A DNA stretch of 64,000 nucleotides, from assembly GCA_023920165.1 (NCBI GenBank), contig CP089279.1, positions 186,001-250,000 of the forward strand. The letters run 5' to 3'. The notes beneath the pieces are model-generated. The model was not told the origin of the DNA, did not search any database, and was given only the letters and a program-made list of their open reading frames with translations. The position numbers were made by a program, and so were the translations under genes. Positions 24,597-36,439 of this stretch are shown here, piece by piece; the stretch's first letter is position 1; the number at the start of each line of letters is the position of its first letter. Source of the stretch: Curvularia clavata (Eukaryota).

Positions 24597-25822
24597 ATGA
24601 CCGTTAAGATACCATCAGTAGGAGTCGAGGAGTCAAGCAAAGCATATCAGGCTCCGGAAGAGTGGCTTGCGAGACTCGATCCGGAATGGGTTAACATCTG
24701 GAACGCACATGGGGGACGCCACCGTCAAGCCGAAGAAGTATCAATCGAAAAGGTCCGTCGAAAGCCTCTGGCATACAGCTTCACATATCCAACATGGACA
24801 GGTAATCATGATACCATACCCTGGGCGATGCGTTAGCTAACAATGACAAGGCCCTTGTGTATTCAGTGAGAAAGAGATTGAAATTCCCGTCACCCGACCC
24901 GCTGGTCGTATCAAAGTGCGAGTGTATACGCCAGAGGGAGAGGGCCCTTTTCCTGTGCATTTGAACTTTCACGGAGGTAAGAGATTTCATCGCACAACAT
25001 CCGCCTTCCTAACACCTCCAGGTGGATGGGTTCTGGGTAGTCTTAATAGCGAAGCAGCCTGGTGTAGAAGTGTCTGTAACAACGCTAGCATTGCGGTTGT
25101 CGATGTGGATTACCGACTTGCTCCAGAATTTGTTTTTCCCACAGCCATATATGACTCTTGGAATGCACTCCAGTGGGTACTATCCCATACTGCGGATCTG
25201 AACGTCGACGCCACTAGTGTTTCGATTGGCGGTCTCTCTGCAGGTGGTCAGATGTCGGCGGTTCTTTCACATATGGCGCGCGATGCAGGAATAGAACTCA
25301 AATTAGCGCTATTAGTTGTGCCTTCAACGGACTTCAGATGGCTCATTGCCGAAGAACCCTTACGATCAACAATTGCTAAGCGTTATCCTAGTGTAGCGCA
25401 ATACAAGGATGCACCTTGGGGAGGCCTAAAAAGAGAGCAGTGGTTCTTGGATTACTGGATCCCGACTAGTACGTCTCTAGTGCGACTTCACAGCCAGGAC
25501 AGCTCGCTAATTCAAAACAGGTATCAGAAAAGCCGCATGTGATGATTGGGTAGCTTCACCGATACTGGCCAAGTCGTTTGACAGACTGCCGCCAACCCAT
25601 ATCATAACAGCTGAATTTGATATATGTCGAGATGAAGCGCATCAATATGGCAAGTTGCTAGCAAAAGCTGGGAATCATGTGACCCAGAAGTGTTACCTAG
25701 GGGTGCCGCACGCGTTCGGGCACTATGTTCATCCAGAAAAAGGACTGAGCAAAGGACATGAGTACATTCATGACACTTCCAGGCTATTGCGACAGGTGCA
25801 TGGGCATCATCATGGGGATTAA
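24597..25822 (+). CDS. Alpha/beta hydrolase fold-3 (HSL-family esterase/lipase/amidase)
   Basis: HLNFHG|GGWVLG oxyanion motif, VDYRLAPE, GGLSAGG nucleophile elbow, TAEFDICRDE (Asp) and GVPHAF (His). Stop at 25820-25822. Confidence 0.9.
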
Positions 25823-26616
25823 ACCAACAACTAAACTATTTGCCTCGGTTCAGTGGCTTAAATTAGGTGTATTCTATGTTGGGCTGATGCATTTACTCTT
25901 ATCAAGCGTAGCACGTAATGTTAGAGTCCCTAGTGAGTGGTGAATTTATAACGTTTAAAACTTCCTCTAGCCTAGACATTTAATTCATCTGGAATCGCAA
26001 CTAACAATGTAGTTGACAACTTGCAATCACGGAAGGACACTACTATTCTTCTGTCAGCTTCAACGCCCCGTCGCCACGTGGAAAAAGCAAGAGCCTAGTC
26101 AATTGAATGGTTTTGGATTAATTCACCAGAATCTGGAAAGTCTTATTCAATACAGTCGCCAAAGTTGCCGTGGCTTGACTATTTCTATCAGGCAGATCTA
26201 GCGCATTGCCATCAGTGTGCTTTTAATCTTGCTAATTAGATATTAATGTTGCATGGTTGTCTGCAAAATTATTTGTAGCAAGTTGGGTGACCTTTGTACT
26301 CTATGGAGACATTGCCTTGTTGTGATGCTGCCACAATTCCATTCACGTAAGCACGGAGCGGAACGGCACGAAACTTATAGCCGTTCCGTCCCTAACCTTC
26401 CCCATGATTGGCCACTACACTTCACATACAGATCGAGCATTGCGAAGTGCTCGAGATGGATTTAGGCAACAACATTTTGTACCGTTTTCTGTTGTACATA
26501 AATTGGACATGGCCGCATTTGCAAAATCATATCATCAAGCTAATAAGCATCTTGGGCACACCTTTCCATAATCTCCAACCTAGAGTGATTCAATAACTCG
26601 ATCATCGTCTCTCAAG

Positions 26617-27335
26617 ATGACTCTCAATCTTTCGAACCCCGGCCGCCCAATCGAAGCTGGTGTGATTCTCATCGGCGAAACTGAAATTCTCGACGTCGCA
26701 CCTATTGACCTTCTCCATGGTATTAGCAAAAGCTTTGTCGACATTCTTCCTCTTCCAGATGAGCTCAAAGCAAAAGCCCCCGAAATAAACTTTCACTGGG
26801 TTACCGAGACTGGCCAGCCGGCCAAGCTGTCTTCAAACATTACTATGCAGGCTACGGTATGCTCCTCCCCCACGAAACGTAACTGTGCAGAAGTTTGATA
26901 TGTAGTCATAAGGATTCGTTTCAATCTTGCCCCCCACTCGACATTGTACTCCTCGGCGCCTACCGCCTGGGCTACGTTCCCTCTTCCACAGAGCTCGCTT
27001 TCATCACCACCTCCTATTCCACCTCCTCTGCTTTCCTCACTATTTGTGGCGGGATGCTTGCCGCACAGCTTGCTGGAGTGCTCGCTGGCAAAACAGTCAC
27101 CGCACCGCGCTTCATGGTCCCTGAGCTTCAAAAGCAGGATCCGAGAACGAATTGGGTAGAGAAAAGGTGGGTACGGGATGAGAAATTATGGACTAGCGGA
27201 GCGTTATTGAATGGCTTGGATCTGATGAGAGAGTTTATGCGCACGTATTGGCCGGAGTTAGCAGATGTGGCGGTGAGAATCGGGGGGTTGCCGGTTAGGG
27301 AGGGGCATTATGTTGGTGGCGATGGGTTGCCATGA
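26617..27335 (+). CDS. DJ-1/PfpI (class I glutamine amidotransferase-like) family protein; 2 exons
   Basis: TEILDVAPID, CPPLDIVLLG, FLTICGG (nucleophile Cys), RWVRDEKLWTSGALLNGLD; intron ~26857-26912. Confidence 0.85.
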
Positions 27336-27739
27336 GAAAAATAATTCAAATGGCTTTAGTGGCTGATTTCATGTTGTGGTGTAGTAGCACGTGATTAGAC
27401 TGCCAGGATATCGTGGGATTTCTTTTCGGTGTAGATAGGCACCTGCTTCACTCAATTCACTATTGGCGGTTGCTATTCGACTACCTGGTTGCGTGTCGCC
27501 CTTCGGTGACTCGAGCTCGATCTTTATTATACCATGATGTATTATAGAAGTCGTTTTTCAAGAGATTTCTCTGCTTGGTTCAGCCTTGAATCTAAGTTTT
27601 GTTTGGTGAGCTCTAAGCGTAACGAGCTGTTCACAGTCTCGTTGAAAATGATGAAGTGGCATGAGTGCTATATGAAACAACACTATATCATGATTGTGCG
27701 ACAAGAAGTCTCGCTCAAACCTATTGGATCCACAATTCC

Positions 27740-27800
27740 AAATCCGATTCGAATCCTAGTCCTAAATCCGATCCGAAATCAGGTCTTAAATCCGATCCTA
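27740..27800. repeat. Imperfect 24-bp tandem repeat (~2.5-3 copies)
   Basis: aaatccgat recurs at 27740, 27764 and 27788. Confidence 0.75.
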
Positions 27801-28716
27801 CATCCCCGAACCTATGAATTCAGCCAAGAGACTAGAAAAAGCTAAATCATTCATACTCAGGTGCATGGTTTGCACTGGATTAGGAGTGATTTGGTCAGAA
27901 GCCCCTGACTACCCGGATATCTCCGAGCTCAGCATTCTCCTTAGATCAGCTGCCTGACAATAAAATTCGAAAACCGCCAAAATATCCTCACGTGACGATT
28001 GAAGAAAGTTGAAACTAGTCCGTGTAAATTGTACATAGACGTAAACTATATTGCTGCGAAATGGTATATGTAGCAGGCGTTTATGGAATAGCGCCGAGAT
28101 ATCTTGCCAAAGAGTAACCGTCCTGATTCTAGTGAAACGTTCAGCGAACATCGCAGTATAATCAAATCGTAGCCTGGCAATTAGCTATCCATTGATTCAA
28201 AACCTCTCATCCTATGCTTTTCGAGCATTAAGCTCCTAAGAAGCTAACATCCCAATAAGATAGTAACTAAACTCTGCGCTAGATTGTATACGTAATTTGA
28301 TAATCAAAAGATCTCGTTGCTTTGCGAAGGTGCATAGCGCAAGGAAAAAACTTTCCTACGGAGTTAATCGTCGAGCCCCTGGACTTTGAAATCATCTCCG
28401 TAGATGCTCCAGGGTCTGGTGGTTTAGAAGCTCCGAGAAGTGGAGTCCTCACCTGATGTCCTCCCTCCACGCCCGATATTACCTATGACTTTACGAAATG
28501 AATTCGGAACCCCTAGACTTATGAGTTATCGGACCAAAAATTCGCCGTGTAGTGACTGTTTTCTTTTCTACTCTGACTCCAAGTCTGTCGCAATCAGCGA
28601 TTGATATTTAAGCAAGGCCGCCCAAAGCCCTGGGAAGGAATTACTCGAATTCACACAATATTCACATTCTTCACTATTCCAGCTCTTCAGAAAGCCTATT
28701 CAATCTAGTCGAAGCA

Positions 28717-29988
28717 ATGCCCCAACTGAAAATCATCGTCTGCGGCGGAGGCATTGCCGGTAACGCGCTCGCTTTCTGGCTCGCACAACAACAGCACGAT
28801 GTTACAGTCATCGAACACCATCCTACTCTAAGGTCTAACGGCTTACAAGTTGATCTTCGTGGACATGGAATTGAAGTCTTGAAGCGGATGGGGCTCGAGA
28901 CTGCTTTCCGCAACAAGTCAGTGAAGGAGCAAGGCTTGGAGTTTGTAAACAGCGCCGGCAATGTCGTTGGATATTTTCCTGCAAATACTACGGGTAAAGG
29001 GCTTCAGAGCTTCACGTCGGACTATGAGATCATGCGAGGGGATCTTATCCAGCTACTGTACGATAACACTAAAGATCGCGTACGATACGTGTTTGGAACG
29101 ACGATTGAGAGGTTTGAGCAACTGGACGGTTCGGTTGAAGTTTGGCTCTCAAATGGGGAAAATGGCCACTACGACCTTCTGATCGGCGCTGACGGACAGT
29201 GGTCTCGAACGCGGAGGCAGATGCTGGGACTTCGAGCCGATGATGCTATTCACTTTCTTGGGGTTTACGCTGGTTACTTCACTGCTCACCGCCCGATCAA
29301 GAAAGGAGAGACATATAATGGGACTGCCTATATTGCTCCAGGTAAAAGGATCTTGTTTGAAAGAAGACACAAGCCAGACCGTGTCCAAGTATACCTGGTG
29401 GGCCAGACTGATTCCGAGAGAGTGATGGCTGCACGGAAAGCCGGGGTAGAGGAGGAAAAGGCTATCCTCTCAGAGCTGTTCCGCTCCGCTGGTTGGCGTT
29501 CAGAGAAACTAGTCAAGGAACTAAATGAATCAAACGACTTCTATTGCGAAAGCATGGGCGTTGTTAAAGTCGATTCATGGTCTGAGGGGCGAGTCGTACT
29601 CCTGGGAGATGCAGCCTATTGCCCTACTGCAACCACGGGGATGGGGACAACCTCTAGTCTAGTCGGCGCCTACGTTCTGGCTGGTGAGATCCGAGAGCAC
29701 TGCAGTCGCTTCGGTGCTTCCAAAGAAGAACTTCCAAGAGCCCTGCACGCTTATGAGGAGCGATTCCGTTCATTCATGAGCACCGTTCAGCAAGGCATCG
29801 AGAAAGACAAAACTTACTGGCACAAGATGCCATCGGGTCTGTTTTTGCTTTGGGTGCTGAACGTGGTAATTTCTCTCGCTTCATTCTTCAGGCTAGATGT
29901 ACTTGCTGCATATATCATGAGGGAAGATACTGGTAGTTGGGCACTCCCGGATTACGAGAGCATGAATCTCAGTCAGGACAAGATGTAA
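28717..29988 (+). CDS. FAD-dependent monooxygenase (aromatic hydroxylase class); intronless
   Basis: IIVCGGGIAG, DLLIGADG..S.TR, GRVVLLGDAAYCP..TGMG. Confidence 0.9.
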   Translation: MPQLKIIVCGGGIAGNALAFWLAQQQHDVTVIEHHPTLRSNGLQVDLRGHGIEVLKRMGLETAFRNKSVKEQGLEFVNSAGNVVGYFPANTTGKGLQSFTSDYEIMRGDLIQLLYDNTKDRVRYVFGTTIERFEQLDGSVEVWLSNGENGHYDLLIGADGQWSRTRRQMLGLRADDAIHFLGVYAGYFTAHRPIKKGETYNGTAYIAPGKRILFERRHKPDRVQVYLVGQTDSERVMAARKAGVEEEKAILSELFRSAGWRSEKLVKELNESNDFYCESMGVVKVDSWSEGRVVLLGDAAYCPTATTGMGTTSSLVGAYVLAGEIREHCSRFGASKEELPRALHAYEERFRSFMSTVQQGIEKDKTYWHKMPSGLFLLWVLNVVISLASFFRLDVLAAYIMREDTGSWALPDYESMNLSQDKM

Positions 29989-30846
29989 ACTATAGTCTTT
30001 TACGCTATCTCTGCGAGAATCACTCTGTAGCAAACTTGATCGCTTCAATGCATATTTGAATTGGCCATGTTTCCCAAGCGAGCACCCCACTTCTTGCCGT
30101 GTATCGGTAGGAACGCCTGCGTAACGACAACATGCAATATCTCAATAATTCTTGAAACCCCTATACACACTGATGCTGACGTACAGCTTGTCATCTCTGC
30201 TATCGGAGTAAGTTGCTATATTACACCTAGGTGTAGGTGTAAAAGCCTGAGACATGCTTAAATAATTCTGCGCTGTGCCTGGAAAAACAACATACGAATG
30301 ACGCGCCCCCTGGCTCACACTGGTGCAGATCATCAAAACAAACTTTCTGTTAGATCGTCAGAGTTCCGCCACTCGCTTGCATATTTTGACCGTATAAAGG
30401 TTCTTCCCCACTTCTCCGCGGCACCCCACGTTGCCATCAACGAATGGAGCATTTCAGCCTCACACAAACACATACCCTACTGTCGTTCACAAAAGCGTTC
30501 GCGAATGCCATTCAGGTATGTCCATTACCAATAATGATGGAATCTCTTGTCATGAGCTGCGCAGCAAGTATAAACTTAACGTCCGATTGCGCAAGCCAAT
30601 GTCAACAAGGCGTTCCCAATGACAAGTCGGTGGCTGAAAGATCTGCCCATGTGGCTGCAGCCTAGACCTTGTTGAGTGTTAACTGGACAGCATGTAGACC
30701 CAAGCTCAGACCAGGGGTGCGCTAACAGGAAAACTATATGTAGTGCCGCTCTCGTAGAGGTTGCGAACGTTGGTTCGTGAACGTCTACGCCTAATGTGAT
30801 GAGCCGGAGAAAATATTGGCAACCGTAGTCGATTCCCAGAGCACAG

Positions 30847-32095
30847 ATGGAGCCAGATGAACACGACGACTACTCCTGGAGGATAGTAGTTGTGACAACA
30901 TTGTGTCTGGTAGTATCCACGGTTGCTGTTGGTCTACGATTTTACGTTCGATATGTGATCATCAGAAAGCTGGGGTATGACGATTGGTTCTTGGCTGGGG
31001 CTCTGGTGCGGATATCTATGCCTTCTCTAATACTGTGTACTAATGTCCCCAGGTCTCTTACATTGGAGTAGCCATTATGACCGCCGCCTGTAAGCATGAA
31101 ATAGGCTCCCCACAATTGATCTTGGGTCTAATCAGTAATGAAGGTATAAATTTTGGACTCGGTCGCCATATAGACACCATCTCTTTCCAAAAGAGATCCG
31201 TTTTCCTCAAGGTTTGTCAACTCCGTACGCAAGCGCTCCTCAACTAACATGCAAGCGCCATGTAGCTCATCTGGTTTGCGTCTATTGGGTATGGAGCGGT
31301 CATCGTGCTGATAAAAATGGCCTTTCTGTTTCAATACCGCCGTGTGTTCCCACTCCGCAACTTCCAGCGTGCATGCGATTTGTTCCTCGTGTTCGTGGTC
31401 CTATGGGCTGTGGGTGGGACAATCGGGGCTATACTCAACTGCCGGCCTCTCAAAAGGAACTGGGATCCTTTATTACCTAGAGATTGTGCGGGCCGCATGA
31501 GCTTCTGGTTCGCCATGGGCGTTTTGCACGTCCTCACTGATGTGATCATCTTTATTTTACCTCTGCCACTTTTGGGAACATTGCCTCTACCAAGATCCCA
31601 GAAGGTAATTCTCATGGCGATCTTCTCTCTTGGCTTCTTGTAAGTTTCCCCTTCTTTGCATGATGTTGAATTGCAAGCTCATAGAATGTCTTCAGTACAT
31701 GCGCAATCTCTATTATCCGCCTCACCACACTCCGAGCTTCAACCTTGAGCGCAGACCCGACATGGACAATGGCAAGCACGGTTACATGGTCCGTGTCTGA
31801 AGCTGCGTGCGCGATCCTCTGCGTGTGTATTCCGACGCTGCGGCCACTTCTGCGACGTTTTCATGGCTGGCGGCTGCATTCTGGCAACGCGAATGAGTTG
31901 GTAATATTACAAAGATCAGAAGAAGCAAACAGCAGGACGCCTGGGTCGTGCGATATGGACAGCGCTGGCACTCAAAACAAGTCGTCCTCGCAGACAAGAA
32001 CTGATGTCGAAGACGGCTTCAACCAGGCCGTAAATGCTGATGATTTAAGCAGGCCACGACCGTGTCATTTGTCTAAACCAGGGGCAGCCGGCTGA
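30847..32095 (+). CDS. Second PTH11-like 7TM integral membrane protein
   Basis: LRFYVR..IIRKLGYDDW, IKMAFLFQYRRVF, CRPLKRNWD, TDVIIFILPLP, DPTW...WSVSE..CAILCVCIPTLRPL; multi-exon. Confidence 0.87.
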
Positions 32096-34130
32096 ATAGA
32101 CTGAATGTAATCGGGATCCTATCTCGGCGAACGCCTATGGGCTGACGTGACTAGTTGGCCGCTTCGTGACCAGCCTAATGTCCAGCCTAGAACCCTTTCG
32201 ACCGAACATAGCCCTTGTAAAATCGCAACTATTACGACAAATTCCTGAATGCAGAATAGTTCTGCTACACGGCAAAAACCGACCCCGTTCGCCCAGTTGC
32301 CCTACTACGGTGTGTTCTTTGGAGCTTCCTGCTCTGGCCCATGGGCTGACACCATGAGTGAGAGTAGCAACTAATGCACTCCTGTGTGCGCCTGCTTCAT
32401 ATGAACAGTTTATGCCAAGTACAAGGCTGTTTGCACAGGAAGCATGCGCACTAGAGTTTACCAACGGCAGTGCCTTTTGCCTTGTAAATCATCACATTTG
32501 TACAAGCAAACGAATCGGACGGCATCCCTACCCCATTTACCAAGTACTGGGACTATGTCCTGAGCAAAAACTTTGGCTGCTACGACCTCCAAGGGCGTGA
32601 GAATGGCGGGGAAAGAAATACCCGGCGGCTGCATCATGCTATGATAGTCATATCCTAATGCGAGATTGCCGCCGTGCATTTTGAGGCATTTCAAAGAGAA
32701 CACCGAAACAGTTCCTCCTTCAAGACTCCAGCTGCTTGTCCATGAAAAACCTGGGCCACGAACAAGACACCGAAATGCTTACGATATAAGGAGGCCGGGT
32801 GTGCACACGGGATTTTCCTCGGAAAGTTTCGACGAAACATCAAAAAAAGAAAAGCCGTTTGATCTGCAATACCAGAAAGAGAGGGGGAAAGGGAGGAAGG
32901 GGGGAGGGGCAAGGACCCGCTGTTCACAAAAAGTTGTGTGTTTGAGAATTTCTAGAAACAGGGCACGTTGACGCGCATCCTGCTGGATATTCTTAGAGGC
33001 GGCGGGTCTTATGCGAATACGCGCGGCACGTATTTGTGGAGAGGGGCGCTTGATTCACGATAGCGCATGGGGATCGATACGCAATTGGATCTAGGTTCGC
33101 TACCAGGACTCCTTTTGAGGATGCGCTTGTGAGCAGGACAGATAAGTGGCGGAGCTGTAGTTGCTTGGAGGTGGCGATACGCTCGAGCCGGTTGGCAGTT
33201 GTAGCCGTCGGTAGATGTCGTGGTGGCTTTTTTTCTTTTTTTTTTGCGCGCGTGCTGTCTAACGTCCTCTTTCGAGAGCTAGAATCTCCTGTGCGGTGTG
33301 ACACTCTATTATACAGCGAGACAGGGCCGATTGCCAAAAAATCTGATTCGGGGCCCAGACCCTGAGACGGCGGCCACATCTGTGCTTTGTTGCGGGGTGA
33401 CGTGACGCTCCCGTCTCAGGGTCCAAAAGAGCGGGTCGCAATCGCTGAGGCTACGCTGCATGCGGCTCATCCGCGCTTGGCAGTGAATTCACTCGATTCA
33501 ACTGGACCGGCTCCTTTATGTCTCGAGGCGTCCAAGTGCTTGGCACACACTGTTCTACCTCCGACCTGCCTAGAAGGGGCCCGTTCGCTGCCCGAGTAAA
33601 AGGAGCAGACATCCACATCGTTTTCTGGTTGTGCACATGGGTGGCTCGCTACACCTTGTGCTGCAAGATTGGTATCCGCTTCTGCAAGATTGCCCTCCGC
33701 CCCTTCAGGGCTTGGGGAGTCCTACCAGACTCAAACGCAGCCATTGAGTCAACCAGTCCTCGCATGCGTGCGATAATGCGTCGGTCGTACGCCTACGCGG
33801 CCCTAGTCCGGGCCGTGTACGAAATGGCGAGTGTCTTCTCCTTTGTTGGCGTTTCAAGCCGCTCTGGTCTCTTGCGTGCGCATCCACGTCGCCAAGTTAC
33901 GTACCGCGACTCAGCCCCCTATGAGCGTCTGAAGGCTCCAGAAGCTCCAAAGGCCGCGAACCGTGCACACGGCGCGGCGGGATCTCTCCCCAGAGGTATC
34001 CATCTTCTCCTGTTTGTTGTACGGGGGGGTAAAGCCGGCCTGCCGTGTTGGTATATATCCTGCTGTCCCATTAAGTAACACGGTACGCCAACTCTTGTCG
34101 TTCGCAACCAGCACCATCAACCAAAAAAAA

Positions 34131-36124
34131 ATGTCTCGACACAGGACTATCGCTCCTGCGGAAATCGAGCGCCTGATTACACAAGGCGAGCCAGTCGTAA
34201 TTCACGAGGGCTATGCCCTCAATCTCGGAGAATGGATTGACCAACATCCGGGTGGTCGGCTTGCGATTTTGCACATGGTGGGGAGAGATGCGACTGATGA
34301 AATCAACATGTACGTGGTGTCGAAGACGTCTATATAACCGTCGTGGTGCTGCCGGTTAGCGGCAATTCCGAGACTCCGGTCGCACTATTCCCCCGGAAGG
34401 CTTCGGAAACAGTCATATGTAATCAGGGATCGACCTGGAGCTGACCCTACGCCAGTTATCACTCGAATAGAGCCCTGCTCATGATGACAAAGCATCGCAT
34501 TGGCCGCGTACAGTTGCCATGGGCCAATCTTGAGCCCCCAATCCGATCGCCAAACTATTACAAGAATCTTGAAGAGAAGAAGCGATTGAGTGCAGTGGCT
34601 GAGGCAGAGAGACCACGGCGTGGCAAGAGTGTCGACTTGGGATGTGTGGGTCTACTTTCCAAACCATTGCATGACTGCCGTAACCGGCACGTGCAGCTGT
34701 ATCGTGTCTGGCTGACATAGAACCAAGGCCGCAGCCATCATCAGCAAGAAACTGATAGGAAAGTCAGACACTTGTGTGTATCGATCCACCTGCAGACCTG
34801 CAAGCGACCCTGAAAAGATCCCATTGATCGAAAATGATACCGAGACATGTACCACCACTGCCGCCGAGGACGAGAAAAGAAGGCACCGCGAGCAATACGC
34901 TATTGAGCAAGAAGCGCTAGAAAGGGAACAAGGTATCCGCGAAAACCCCTCACTCGACGTCGAGACCCAAAAGGCCATTATCGAGGATTACCGCGCTTTG
35001 CACCAGCAGATTAAGGACGAGGGCCTGTACCAATGTCGTTACTCAGAGTATGCCAAAGAATCGATACGATATGGCATTCTCTTCGCTGCCTTCGCTGGGC
35101 TATTGTATATCAAGTGGTACCTCACATCTGCCATCTTCCTGGGCCTCTTTTGGGTACGCATGTCCCACACTCGCTTCCTTCTCTTTACTCGAGTACTGAC
35201 TCTGCCTCATAGCAACAAATCATGTTCACAGCTCATGACGCTGGCCACCGCGGAATAACCGGAAACTTTGTTATTGATACGCTCATCGGTGCCTTCATCG
35301 CCGATTTCTGCTGCGGCCTGAGCATTGGGTGGTGGAAATCCAGTCACAACGTCCACCACCTGATAACCAACATGCCAGAGCACGACCCCGACATCCAAAA
35401 CATTCCCTTGTTTTCCACCTCTCCAACGTACATGAAATCCATCCTCTCGTCTTTCTACAACTTCCAGTTTGTGTGGGATGCCGCGTGCGACTTCCTCGTC
35501 CCCTACCAGACCTACCTCTACTACCCTATCATGGGCCTCGCGCGGTTCAACCTCTATTTCCTCGGCTGGCTACATCTCTGTTCTCCGCGCGCCGCTCAGC
35601 TCGGCGCTGCATGGTGGACGCGCCATGTGGAGCTTGTCTTCATGACATGTTACTGGTACCTCTTCGGCTACCGCCTGGTATGGCTGACCCTCCCCACCTG
35701 GCCCATCCGCATCGCCTTTGTTCTTATCTCTCACCTCGTCACCATGCTCCTGCACGTCCAAATCACCCTGTCTCACTGGGGCATGCCAACAGCCGACCTC
35801 GGACCTACAGAATCTTTCCCCCAGCGCCAGATGCGAACGACAATGGACGTCGAGTGTCCGCCTTGGCTCGACTGGTTTCATGGTGGTCTCCAGTTTCAAG
35901 CTGTGCATCACCTGTTTCCACGTGTGCCACGGCATAATCTGCGTAGGGGACAGGAGCTGGTTCGCGAGTTTTCAGCTAAAACAGGGATCAAGTACCATTG
36001 CTATGGGTTTGTGGAGGGAAATAAGGTGGTCGTGGGAAGGCTGGAACAGATCTCTCAGATGGTGAGGGTCATGGTGGACTGTCAGAAGCATATGGCCGAG
36101 ACGGGAGAGAGCGGGTTGCATTGA
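34131..36124 (+). CDS. sld1: Delta-8 sphingolipid desaturase (cytochrome b5 fusion)
   Basis: HPGG b5 heme motif; histidine boxes HDAGH, HNVHH and QAVHH; HDPDIQ; WFHGGLQFQ. Confidence 0.9.
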
Positions 36125-36439
36125 ATGTACGCGCGGGCGCGGAAAAAAACAACAACCTGCTTTTTGAACATATTTCTTCGTTTGGGTCTGGGTATATAGA
36201 GTTTTGACAAAGTACCATGTTTTTTAATTGTACGGGAGGGTAAAAGCCTAGAGGTGTTAGACAATTGATACGAAGATTATGCATCCCATTTGAAAACCTT
36301 GCATTTTGCTTCATTTCACTTACATGAGAGAGAGTAAACATGATGCTCAGGGACTGGTTACTCCCCATACTCCAAATGACATCCCCTGACTTGCTTCGAG
36401 TGAGAACCCTCCAAACTCCGAAAGAGAAAGAAAAAAGCT

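Noticed and set aside
28717..29988. Horizontal transfer from bacteria for the intronless FAD monooxygenase (and the reductase)
   Set aside because: Lack of introns alone is weak evidence and both families are common in fungi; a phylogeny would be needed.
13984..29988. Secondary-metabolite biosynthetic cluster
   Set aside because: There is no PKS, NRPS, terpene synthase or DMATS backbone, and the gene content fits catabolism or detoxification better.
1..32095. Starship or other transposon carrying the accessory genes
   Set aside because: No tyrosine recombinase, transposase, reverse transcriptase, TIRs or LTRs are identifiable within the window.
32135..34078. Many short overlapping ORFs upstream of the desaturase (similar ones at 58-61 kb)
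   Set aside because: No domains, codon bias or coherent splice structure; treated as chance ORFs in GC-rich intergenic DNA.
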